Shown here one piece after another: positions 1 through 8,693 of a stretch of 37,758 bases of DNA. The notes below the pieces were generated by a model that was not told the origin of the DNA, made no database searches, and saw only the letters and a list, made by a program, of their open reading frames with translations. The DNA comes from an uncultured Methanosarcinales archaeon (lineage in GTDB: Archaea > Nanobdellota > Nanobdellia > Woesearchaeales > BS150m-G63). Position 1 is the stretch's first letter. Every line of letters begins with the position of its first letter. The stretch lies in assembly GCA_964630685.1 (NCBI GenBank), contig CAZVVW010000010.1:1-37758 (forward strand), given 5' to 3'. The translations under genes were made by a program, and so were the position numbers.

Positions 1-80
1 TTTCTTTTTTGATGTAAAAATGTTAAATAAATCATAAACAACCCAAATAAAACTCCCACTATTTGTATACCTATTATCAT
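1..80 (-). CDS. 5' part of a small membrane protein, DUF2304-like (runs off the window edge)
   Basis: Manual translation from ATG at 80: MIIGIQIVGVLFGLFMIYLTFLHQKR...; hydrophobic N-terminus; starts immediately after the GT2 stop, a common GT2-DUF2304 pairing. Confidence 0.6.
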   Translation of the reverse strand, partial: MIIGIQIVGVLFGLFMIYLTFLHQKR

Positions 81-81
81 T

Positions 82-738
82 TTATCTTTTTAACCTCCAT
101 AATAACATGTTCATTACAATTTTTATACCATCTAAAACTGTTGTACCTTTATATTTTTCGGAATAAATTGTTGCTATTGGAACTTGAGCATATTTTAAGT
201 GATGTCTTCCTGCATTTGCAATCATTTCCGATTCCATTGCATAATCTGTCGAATCCCACCTTAATTTTCTATACACCTTAGAAGTTAATGCGCGATAACC
301 ACATTGAGTGTCTTTTAAATCTAAGCCATATAAGATTTTAATTGTAAAATTAATGAATTTATTTCCAAAACTAAGAATCTTCGGCATTTTTTTATTAAAT
401 GTTCTGTAACCAAATACAATATCATTTTTTTTAATCTTTTCTAAAAATATTGGAATTTCTTTTGGCTCGTGTTGTCCATCTGCATCTACTAACACTAAAA
501 TATCTGCCTTGTTTTTAATTGCATAATCACAACCAGTTTTTATTGCCGCTCCTTTTCCAAGATTTACTATGTGTTTTAATACAATAACCTCTTCTTTTTT
601 GGCAATATTAAAAGTATTATCTTTAGAACCATCATCCACTACAACAATATTATTATAATCTTTTTTTATTTCTTTTAGAACTTTAGATATATGTTTAGAT
701 TCATTATATGCTGCGATTATTATAAAAATATTTTTCAT
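82..738 (-). CDS. Glycosyltransferase family 2 (DPM1-like polyprenol-phosphate glycosyltransferase)
   Basis: AYNE, VVDDGSKD, NLGKGAA, DADGQH and DTQCGYR motifs. Confidence 0.9.
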   Translation of the reverse strand: MKNIFIIIAAYNESKHISKVLKEIKKDYNNIVVVDDGSKDNTFNIAKKEEVIVLKHIVNLGKGAAIKTGCDYAIKNKADILVLVDADGQHEPKEIPIFLEKIKKNDIVFGYRTFNKKMPKILSFGNKFINFTIKILYGLDLKDTQCGYRALTSKVYRKLRWDSTDYAMESEMIANAGRHHLKYAQVPIATIYSEKYKGTTVLDGIKIVMNMLLWRLKR

Positions 739-3545
739 TCTTCAGTTTGATTGATAACTACACTAGTTTTTACTTCTGATTGGAAATAAGGGTAGTTTTT
801 TTGTTGACAATTAAAATCAACTTTCCATACTTGTATTTTTCCACCAGTTACTTGTTTTCTTTCGTCAAATTTACTAAAACATTCCATTCCGTGTCCATCT
901 AAGAAAAACAACTTGGTAAAAGTGCTTGAAGCAAGTGCTGGCATGCTTAACATATTTCTAAAACCGCCATCTTGTGGAATTAAAATAATAGAGTAAGGAA
1001 AACCGGGAGTATCAAATTTCTTTTCTTCTATAGATGTATTTGTTGCATAGGTAATGGAGTAAGGATATATCTCCCCTTCAGAGGTTGGTAATGTTGTTTC
1101 CATAGTGATTAAATCTATTTTAAATTGAATTCCTTGGCCCCCAATATTATTACTACAAATCAAAGTATTATTTTCTTGTTTTTGACAAAGTCCTTGACCT
1201 GAAACATAATTAGGCCAGGGAGAAATCCATCTGTCTGCTTCTGTGTTTTGAATTTCATAGTAAGTTTGACTTGCCTGTTCTTCAGTTAAATTAAATTTAT
1301 TTTTTAATAATTCTATTCCTTCAATAGAATCTAATTTTTTTACGCTCTGATACATAGAAGCTTTATGAAAATCCCAACTTCCAAAATGTGCCCAGACGCC
1401 TGCTTTCCCAACCATATCTTCTGAAGTTATATAATATTGTTCAATTAAATTTTCACAGTAAGTTACTTCTATTACTTTATCGATTTGAGAATCACTTAAA
1501 CCCTTTTGTTTTAATATTTTTATAGCTTTTGTTTTATCATTAACCAAAATTATTTGATTTAAAATATCAATTGATTTAACAGTATCATTATCCAAAATAT
1601 CTTCTAAAACATGGGGGGGTCTTTCTTGACCACAATTTAACATTCTAAGTAAACCTACAGAAGTGTTTTCTTCATTTACCAATAAACTTTTTCCAACCCA
1701 ATGAATCCTTTCTCCCTGATCCCCACCATCAAAAGTTACCTTTCTTTCTGCTATTGCAACAAACCAATGTCCAAAATCCCACCAAGAGGTTATAATCGCA
1801 TCAGAAGTATTATCTTTTATTTTCGTTAGGGAAGTATACCATGCATCATTCATACTAGGAATTTCAGATTTTCCAATATTATTAGCTTGTATTAACTGTG
1901 GACTGATTATTAAAATACAAATAATAAAGACCATAGTTTTTGAAACCATCTCATTAACATGGATACCTTTTTTAATTATTTTTGGAAATTTATTTAAAGT
2001 ATGATCTAATAAGTATCCAATAGCTATAGCGAATGGAGGTATAATAAACATTGCGAATCTCATTCCTGCTATTGTTGTTGCTACGGAAATTACTACATAA
2101 TAAGAAATAATTAATCCTGTTATAGCGATATAAATGGGTTTTTTGTTTTTAATAGAAAAATAAACCATAAAAATTATAGAAACCAAAGATAAAATAAATA
2201 AAAATTTACCTCCAATTGTATTAATTATCTGTCCAATACTGCCTTTGTTAAGTTCTGCAACTGTTGTAAGAACATTTGGCCAAAGAGTAGTTACTGCAAC
2301 ATTTTTGACTGCAAGAGCTTGGAGTGGAGAGAACAACAAAGTTTTTGGAACTTGAATTAAAGAACTTATAAATTCTCCACTTTTAGTTAAATAATTGTAA
2401 ATTATATTGAATATTGTTGCAGAACTTAAAAAAATAAAGATAGAAGATATATCTTTTTTGAGATTTTTATGTTTAATAAAATATTGCAAAATTAAATTTA
2501 GAATTATTGCACCAAGTATAATATCAAAAACAAACCAAGCCATCCAAATATTAGAATAAATTACATAAATTAAACCCAATAAACCTGAAAAAATCATTTT
2601 TTCTTTCCAAGAATCTCTTTTTAGAAGCTCTATTAACATCCATATAGTTAAAAGAGGGAATAATATATGATAAGGATCCGTATCAGAAAAACCCCCTGCA
2701 GTTCTTCCAATGATTGAAGGGTTAATTGCAACAAGCAATGCCGTAAAAAATCCAGCTATTTTTCCTTTTAATCTATATCCAATAAAAAAGGCAGGAATAA
2801 TTGCTAAAGCCATTAAAATAATTGGTGCTAAAAAAACAGAAGCCATCACTGATTGATTTGAGTTAAAAATTGACAATATTTTATGGATTGAAACCATAAA
2901 AAAAGAGTGGAGATTAAATCTCATTTTTTGTCCATTTCTATCTTCTCTCAAAATTCTTAAATTATATCTTGATTCTCCATCTATTATTTCATTACCAAAA
3001 TGCCCATATTTATCATAATTTCTTGTATAACCATACCATAAATAAGGATCAATTGCCAATAAATAAGTTTGGCCAGAATCATCTTGTAAACGCGATTTAA
3101 AGTAATCTGAGAGTTGTTGTATTTGTGGTTCTATTGTTGCTTTGTTTTCTTTTAAGAGGGTGTTGAATTGTTCATCAACTAGCCTTTGTTTGTTTACATC
3201 AGGAAGATTGGGATATTGTTGATTTATTTGAGTAAGAATGTCAGTCTTAACACTATTATATACACTGCTTTTAGCCCAATCATCAGTTATTGGAAGAGTT
3301 GCAGGATATGCTCTGAAAAAGATTGCAAGGAATATAGGTATTAATATAAGAAGAAAAACAGAATATTTTTTTGTGACTTTTTTTATTTTTGTAAAATCTA
3401 TAGAGATTTCTTTGTCATCTTCTTTAACTTCTTTATGTTTTTTTGATTTTTTAAAAAATTTAGTAATTTTGCTAAAATCAAGAGTTATTCCTTCCTCATT
3501 TCTTTCTTCATCTGAAGAATTGTTTTTAGTTTTTTCTTTTGACAT
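735..3545 (-). CDS. aglB: Oligosaccharyltransferase AglB (STT3 family)
   Basis: Multi-TM N-terminal half, IDPY, GFSDTD, TVAEL, SWWDFGHW (WWDYG motif), TFDGG, DMVGK. Confidence 0.93.
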   Translation of the reverse strand: MSKEKTKNNSSDEERNEEGITLDFSKITKFFKKSKKHKEVKEDDKEISIDFTKIKKVTKKYSVFLLILIPIFLAIFFRAYPATLPITDDWAKSSVYNSVKTDILTQINQQYPNLPDVNKQRLVDEQFNTLLKENKATIEPQIQQLSDYFKSRLQDDSGQTYLLAIDPYLWYGYTRNYDKYGHFGNEIIDGESRYNLRILREDRNGQKMRFNLHSFFMVSIHKILSIFNSNQSVMASVFLAPIILMALAIIPAFFIGYRLKGKIAGFFTALLVAINPSIIGRTAGGFSDTDPYHILFPLLTIWMLIELLKRDSWKEKMIFSGLLGLIYVIYSNIWMAWFVFDIILGAIILNLILQYFIKHKNLKKDISSIFIFLSSATIFNIIYNYLTKSGEFISSLIQVPKTLLFSPLQALAVKNVAVTTLWPNVLTTVAELNKGSIGQIINTIGGKFLFILSLVSIIFMVYFSIKNKKPIYIAITGLIISYYVVISVATTIAGMRFAMFIIPPFAIAIGYLLDHTLNKFPKIIKKGIHVNEMVSKTMVFIICILIISPQLIQANNIGKSEIPSMNDAWYTSLTKIKDNTSDAIITSWWDFGHWFVAIAERKVTFDGGDQGERIHWVGKSLLVNEENTSVGLLRMLNCGQERPPHVLEDILDNDTVKSIDILNQIILVNDKTKAIKILKQKGLSDSQIDKVIEVTYCENLIEQYYITSEDMVGKAGVWAHFGSWDFHKASMYQSVKKLDSIEGIELLKNKFNLTEEQASQTYYEIQNTEADRWISPWPNYVSGQGLCQKQENNTLICSNNIGGQGIQFKIDLITMETTLPTSEGEIYPYSITYATNTSIEEKKFDTPGFPYSIILIPQDGGFRNMLSMPALASSTFTKLFFLDGHGMECFSKFDERKQVTGGKIQVWKVDFNCQQKNYPYFQSEVKTSVVINQTEE

Positions 3546-3594
3546 TCTAATACCCCTATTGGAATTTGGATTTGTTTGATATATATAAACATTT

Positions 3595-4674
3595 CTACCA
3601 AAATAGTTTTTTTGAAAATATAATAAATCTTGGTTCTGCTAAAAATAGTTGGAGTAATAGTCTTAGTGGTTTTTCCCTATCTGCTGTTTCTATGATTTTT
3701 TTTATTTTTGATTTTGAACATAATTTGATTAATATATCATAATCTTTATCTTTGAATTTTTTGAGTATTTTATTTATCAATTTGTGGACAGTTAATTCTT
3801 TTTTTAGTTTTTTATTGAATTCTTTTTGATAGTTTTTGTTTTTTATTATTGAATTTGCAAGAATTTTTGCTGATGAAAGCCCATAAATTATTCCCCCACC
3901 AGTGCTATTTTTTACTTGAGAAGCAGCATCACCAACTAGATATATATTGTCTTTTTGAAGTTTTGTGTTTTTATATATCGGAATAGGACCTGCCTGATGT
4001 TCTATTATTCTTGAATCAAATTGAGTTAAGAAATCTTTGAATAGTTTAGGATTATTGGAAAGGGTGCCGACTCTTGCAATACTTTTTGTTTCTGGAACAA
4101 CCCATGAAAAGATTCCATAAGCTTTTCCAAGAAAAACCTGATAAGTTGTTGGAACTGTTTTTAATTTTAATATTGCCTGCATGCCAAGAATATATTTTCT
4201 TTTTTTATTAGAGATTAATTTTGCAGTATTTGATCCAGGACCATCTGCACCTATTAATATATCTGTTAGTATATCTGTTTTTATTTTTTTTATTCCTTTT
4301 TTTGTTTTGAAAATTAAATAGTTATTTTGTTTTTTGATGAATTTGTGGGATAGATATAATTTAGCTCCTGCTTTTACTGCGAGGTTTGATAAGTGCTTGT
4401 CAAATTTTTCTCGATCTAAAACTAGTTCTGGAGTTTTGGGTGTGAAGGTTGTTGAATTATTTTTTGAATTTACTTTTACTTTTGAGATTTTATTTTTTAT
4501 GAATTCTTTTTTTAGTTCTAGAAATTGTTTTATTGTTTCAGTAACCAAACCAGTACATTGAATTGGTTTTCCTATCTCTTTATTTTTTTCAAAAAGTTGA
4601 ACCATTTTTCCTGCTTTTGCTAAAAGATAAGCAGTGTAAGATCCAGCAGGTCCTGCGCCTATTATATATATCAT
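3595..4674 (-). CDS. Geranylgeranyl reductase-family FAD-dependent oxidoreductase
   Basis: GAGPAG Rossmann motif, PIQCTG, GADG, LVGDAA..VK..TGGGI. Confidence 0.85.
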   Translation of the reverse strand: MIYIIGAGPAGSYTAYLLAKAGKMVQLFEKNKEIGKPIQCTGLVTETIKQFLELKKEFIKNKISKVKVNSKNNSTTFTPKTPELVLDREKFDKHLSNLAVKAGAKLYLSHKFIKKQNNYLIFKTKKGIKKIKTDILTDILIGADGPGSNTAKLISNKKRKYILGMQAILKLKTVPTTYQVFLGKAYGIFSWVVPETKSIARVGTLSNNPKLFKDFLTQFDSRIIEHQAGPIPIYKNTKLQKDNIYLVGDAASQVKNSTGGGIIYGLSSAKILANSIIKNKNYQKEFNKKLKKELTVHKLINKILKKFKDKDYDILIKLCSKSKIKKIIETADREKPLRLLLQLFLAEPRFIIFSKKLFW

Positions 4675-4816
4675 CTTATTTTGAAATGAATAGTTTATTA
4701 TATTATTTTGGTTTTTTTATTTTGATTCTTAACAATTTGCAGTTAAATTCACTACTGTTAGTGTAATAATCTTAGGTCATTACATATTAGTTACAACTTT
4801 ATAATGGTTCATATAT

Positions 4817-4857
4817 GTAACTACTTTTATATACTAAAAGAACGAAATGTTTATATA
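4817..4857 (+). promoter_or_regulatory. BRE/TATA promoter with upstream GTAACTACT motif for the S-layer-like gene
   Basis: AACGAAATGTTTATATA at 4841-4857; TAGTTACA/TGTAACTA inverted repeat at 4788-4795 and 4816-4823; SD-like GGGGGT before the ATG at 4937. Confidence 0.6.
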
Positions 4858-4936
4858 TCATCGCTATCTTACTTAGAGCTAAAGAGATTTCATGCTCTTT
4901 TATATTAATCCAAAAAAGTTTGGGGGTAAGTAGAAA

Positions 4937-6199
4937 ATGAAAAATTTTAAAGTGATTGGTATTCTGATGTTATTCTTAGTTTCTATTGTTGCAATTGGCA
5001 GTAGTGCTAGAGCAGATTTAAATGCCGATATTTTAAGTGTTGAAGTTGATGGAGTAGAATTAGATTCAACAAGTGAAATAAATAGATTAGATTTAGAAAG
5101 GGGAAATGATTTTGAGGTTAAAGTTATTATTGAAGCAAATGAAAATTATAATAACACTCAAATTGAAGTTTCTTTATATGGTGTTCATAACGAAAGAATT
5201 AATGATATCACAAGTACTTTTGATATGGTTGGTGGAATAAGTTATGTTAAGAGATTAAGTTTGGAACTTCCTGATAGGATGGATCAAGATAATTATCAAT
5301 TGAAAGTAAGAGTTGAAGGGAGAGAAGACTCATTTTCAGCAACATATAATCTTTCAATTAATACAGCAAGAAATGATGTAGTAATCAAAGATACTGTATT
5401 CAGTCCTGGTGAAGAAGTTAAACAAGGAAGAGCACTTTTAACAACTGTTAGAGTCAAAAATATGGGAGAAAAAGACGAAGAAGGAGTTAAAGTGACATTT
5501 AGTATTCCAAGTTTAGGACTTTCTGAATCAGATTACATTGATGAATTAGATGCAGGAGATTCAACCACATCTGAAGAATTATATGTAAAGATTCCTAACT
5601 GTGCAGAAGTCGGTAGTTATGCTTACGAAGTTGAAGTTAAGTATGATGATGGCGATGAAACAACCACAGAAACAGGTACTTTATATGTAGCTGAAGGAGA
5701 TATGTGTACAGCAGTTGAAGAAGCAGTTCCAACTACAATGGTTACTGTTGGACCAGCAACTCAAGATGTTAAACAAGGAGCATCAGCAATTTACCCTGTT
5801 ACATTAACTAACAGTGGAGCTGAAGCAAAAAGTTATACTGTAAGTGTTGATGGTGTAGCAGAGTGGGCAGTAGCAACTCTTGACCCTGCAGCATCTGTGT
5901 TATTACAGCCAGGCGAATCAAAAGCTGTTTATGTTTACATTGCAGCAAATGATGATGCATCAGCTGGAGAGCATATGTTTACTTTAACTATTAGTTCTGG
6001 AACAGAAACATTGAAAGATGTTGCTCTAAAAGCAAATGTTTTAGAAGATGGTAAAAGTGACTTCAAACGTGGTTTAGAAATAGGATTGATTGTGTTAGTT
6101 ATCTTGTTAGTTATCTTAGGATTAATCGTTGGCTTTAATAAATTAAGGGGCGATGATGAGTCAGAAGACACAGGAGACGACACAGAAACTTATTACTAA
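4937..6199 (+). CDS. Secreted, C-terminally anchored acidic Ig-like/CARDB-type surface (S-layer-like) protein
   Basis: Signal peptide, beta-rich acidic body with VKNMGEKDE and LTNSG CARDB/NEW3-like segments, C-terminal TM helix and acidic tail ending TYY. Confidence 0.7.
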   Translation: MKNFKVIGILMLFLVSIVAIGSSARADLNADILSVEVDGVELDSTSEINRLDLERGNDFEVKVIIEANENYNNTQIEVSLYGVHNERINDITSTFDMVGGISYVKRLSLELPDRMDQDNYQLKVRVEGREDSFSATYNLSINTARNDVVIKDTVFSPGEEVKQGRALLTTVRVKNMGEKDEEGVKVTFSIPSLGLSESDYIDELDAGDSTTSEELYVKIPNCAEVGSYAYEVEVKYDDGDETTTETGTLYVAEGDMCTAVEEAVPTTMVTVGPATQDVKQGASAIYPVTLTNSGAEAKSYTVSVDGVAEWAVATLDPAASVLLQPGESKAVYVYIAANDDASAGEHMFTLTISSGTETLKDVALKANVLEDGKSDFKRGLEIGLIVLVILLVILGLIVGFNKLRGDDESEDTGDDTETYY

Positions 6200-6254
6200 A
6201 TTTTTTATTTTTTCTTTTTTTACTTTTATTTTTTAAATATCTTTGGGGACTAGA

Positions 6255-7853
6255 ATGTTAAAATTAAATCTTGTTTCATTGTTTATTCTAATTATATTGG
6301 TATCTAGTGTATGTGCTGTTGATTTTAGCGTTGGTTCCGAGACAAGTGCTTTTGAATTATGTTCTTGTGGAGTTGTAAGTGATTCTTTTGTTATTTATAA
6401 TTTAGGTAGCGAGATTGCTAGTTTTATGGTTTATGCTGAAGGAAGTGGTGCTAGTTTTGTGAGTTTTACTGAAAATGTTTTTAATCTAGGTGTTGGAGAA
6501 TATAAAGAGTTAAATCCTTTTGTGGGAGTTCCTTGCGGGGTTATTGGAAATTATAATCTTAATTATATTATTGAAAGTGGTGGATTGAGAAAAGAATTGG
6601 GTAAGGAAGTAGCAGTTAAAGAGTGTGAAATTCTTAAAATGGAATTGGTGAGGGAAGGAAGTACTTGTAGTGGTGCTGAAGCGATTTATGAATTTGAATT
6701 GATTAATTTAAATGGATATAGTGAAAATTTTTCTTTGGAGAATGAATTGGTGTTGGATTATAATGAAAATCCTGTTTTATTGGGGCCAGGAGAGAGCAAA
6801 AGATTATTTGTTACTTTAAGTGTTCCTGATGAAGCTGGAGAATATGAATTTGATTTTGAAATAACAGGGGGAAATAGTGGTGGTAAATTTAGAAAAGAAT
6901 TTTCTTTAGATAGTGAAAATTGTTATTCTGTAGGTGTTAGTGGACCTGAAAAAGTGTGTGTTGGAGGAGTGCATAATATAGAAGTTGTTAATGATGGGAA
7001 AGCGTTTGAGGTTGTTAACATCTCCGGCGATATTTCTAATAAGTTGGTGAGTCTTGCTTCTGGACAAACTGAGGTGTTGATTTTTAATGCTGATGTTAAA
7101 GGGGTGTTTGAAACATATGTTAATCTTATAGATACTGAAATTAATGTTGATTATGTTTTGGAAGTAGTTTCCAATCAAGAGTGTTATTTATTGGAGTCTT
7201 CTCTTGAAGATATCTTAATTGGGCTTGAAGAAAGAGCGGTTCCTATTGATTTTAGGAATAATGGCTTAAAAAGAGGTACATACTCATTAAGCACAAATCT
7301 TGATTGGGTTGTTATTACTCCATCTGTTTTGGAATTAAATGTAGGGGAAGAAGAGAAAGTTCATTTATTTGTAAGTCCAAAAGAAGAAGGAATTTTTGAG
7401 TTGAATGTTAGTGCTCAATTTGAAAATAGTTCTTTGAGTTATGTTGAGTCTGTTGAATTAAAAGTTAGAGAGTCAAAGATTGAAAACTTTTTGGGGAAAT
7501 ATGGTGGCGCGATTGTTGTGATTTTGCTTTTGTTGATTTTGTTTGGGACTATATTTAATTCATTTGCTAAAGCTGTTGCGGGTGTTGGTACTAAAAAGAA
7601 AACTAAAAAGAGAATTAAGTTATGGATTAGTTTGCTGATTCTTTTAGTGGTTGTATTTGCGTTGGTGTTTTATTTTTATTGGGGATTTTTGTTTAATGGA
7701 TGTAAATGGCTTTTGGGGTTGGTGTTGAGTAAATGGCAATATATTATAAGTGCTGTTGCTGTGGTGCTTGCTGTTTTAATTCTGATTGTGTTGTTGGTTG
7801 TTTTGATTAGGAAGAAAAAGAACAAAAAGAAAATTAGTAAAAAATCTAAATAA
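6255..7853 (+). CDS. Membrane-anchored surface protein with Ig-like repeats and three C-terminal TM helices
   Basis: Signal peptide from ATG 6255 (the ORF track uses TTG 6243), repeated 'N.G...' and 'L..GE.K' Ig-like motifs, three hydrophobic C-terminal segments, Lys-rich tail. Confidence 0.65.
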   Translation: MLKLNLVSLFILIILVSSVCAVDFSVGSETSAFELCSCGVVSDSFVIYNLGSEIASFMVYAEGSGASFVSFTENVFNLGVGEYKELNPFVGVPCGVIGNYNLNYIIESGGLRKELGKEVAVKECEILKMELVREGSTCSGAEAIYEFELINLNGYSENFSLENELVLDYNENPVLLGPGESKRLFVTLSVPDEAGEYEFDFEITGGNSGGKFRKEFSLDSENCYSVGVSGPEKVCVGGVHNIEVVNDGKAFEVVNISGDISNKLVSLASGQTEVLIFNADVKGVFETYVNLIDTEINVDYVLEVVSNQECYLLESSLEDILIGLEERAVPIDFRNNGLKRGTYSLSTNLDWVVITPSVLELNVGEEEKVHLFVSPKEEGIFELNVSAQFENSSLSYVESVELKVRESKIENFLGKYGGAIVVILLLLILFGTIFNSFAKAVAGVGTKKKTKKRIKLWISLLILLVVVFALVFYFYWGFLFNGCKWLLGLVLSKWQYIISAVAVVLAVLILIVLLVVLIRKKKNKKKISKKSK

Positions 7854-7894
7854 ACACAACATTTTTAAATTCTTAGAGATATTTTTGTGGTTAA

Positions 7895-8047
7895 GGGGAC
7901 ATAGTATAACTTGGCTAGAATGGCTGGCTCCAGTTTTGGAGCGATGAGTCACAGAAAACCGTGGCAATGATGAAAGCTTTGGTCTGTTGAGGCGGGTTGC
8001 TTCAAGGAAGAGACCAGCAGATCTGGGTTCGAATCCCAGTGTCCCCA
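7895..8047 (+). tRNA. trnW: tRNA-Trp(CCA) with 79-nt intron at 37/38 (7934-8012)
   Basis: Acceptor GGGGACA/TGTCCCC, anticodon stem GCTGG/CCAGC with CT-CCA-G^A loop, T arm CTGGG-TTCGAAT-CCCAG; BHB-like junction with one mismatch in the central helix; CCA not encoded. Confidence 0.93.
7934..8012 (+). ncRNA. Intron-encoded box C/D guide RNA predicted to direct Cm34 and Cm39 of tRNA-Trp
   Basis: Box C ATGATGA 7967-7973; guide TTGGTCTG then TTGA (7987-7990) puts C39 at D+5; guide TTTGGAGCG then ATGA (7944-7947) puts C34 at D+5; stem GTCAC/GTGGC. Confidence 0.75.
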
Positions 8048-8156
8048 TTTTTTTATACTTTTTTACATAAATTCTTTTTATTTGAAGTAATTAATTAAGG
8101 AATGTAGAAAGGGATTAAATCAACTTTGTTGATTTATATCACTTCTCGTAGCCTAT

Positions 8157-8198
8157 CAGCCGAAACTGTAGGTTCCAAATCCCAGTGTCCCCATTTTT
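8157..8198 (+). repeat. Degenerate duplicate of the tRNA-Trp 3' exon (att-like scar)
   Basis: AATCCCAGTGTCCCCATTTTT at 8178-8198 is identical to 8032-8052; the upstream part CAGCCGAAACTGTAGGTTCC is a decayed copy of CAGCAGATCTGGGTTC. Confidence 0.8.
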
Positions 8199-8216
8199 AT
8201 TATTTTTTTATCGTTT

Positions 8217-8555
8217 TTAGAATTCTATTAAATCATTAACTTGCGTTTTAGTTTTGTTTATTGTTCCTTGTGGAAGCTCTATTACATATTGTGCTGGTTT
8301 TTTTGGTGTGATTATTTGGAACGGTTTTAGATTATGTTTTAGCTGAATTATTTTTTTGTTTTTGTTTAGCCAGAGAAGATCAATAGGAAAGAATACAAAG
8401 AACATGTGGAGTGAGATGATTTTTTCTTTTTTCCATGCGAATATTAAAGTTTTAGGTTTTGTATGAAACATCAATCCAATAGTTTTTGAGAGAATGGTTT
8501 TACAGAGCTTTGGTTTTTTGGATAGAATTGTTTTTTTGGTTTTATTTATTAACAT
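8217..8555 (-). CDS. DUF192 family protein
   Basis: GLMF, HMFFVFFPIDLLWLN and YVIELPQG motifs. Confidence 0.85.
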   Translation of the reverse strand: MLINKTKKTILSKKPKLCKTILSKTIGLMFHTKPKTLIFAWKKEKIISLHMFFVFFPIDLLWLNKNKKIIQLKHNLKPFQIITPKKPAQYVIELPQGTINKTKTQVNDLIEF

Positions 8556-8693
8556 AAAATATTATTTATGATAAGATTATAAAAAATTTTGTATTTTTTG
8601 AGTTTTCAAAAAAAAAACATTTATATAGAGGTAGTGATTATTTTAAAGTTGATTACGCACTTTTATCGATAAAAGGGGGCGAGGTGGCATTAA

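Noticed and set aside
7776..8048. 90-aa minus-strand ORF
   Set aside because: It is the antisense of tRNA-Trp and its intron
8157..8193. Possible split-tRNA 3' half
   Set aside because: The T arm is disrupted by indels and no GC-rich leader for trans-pairing is visible; a scar is the simpler explanation
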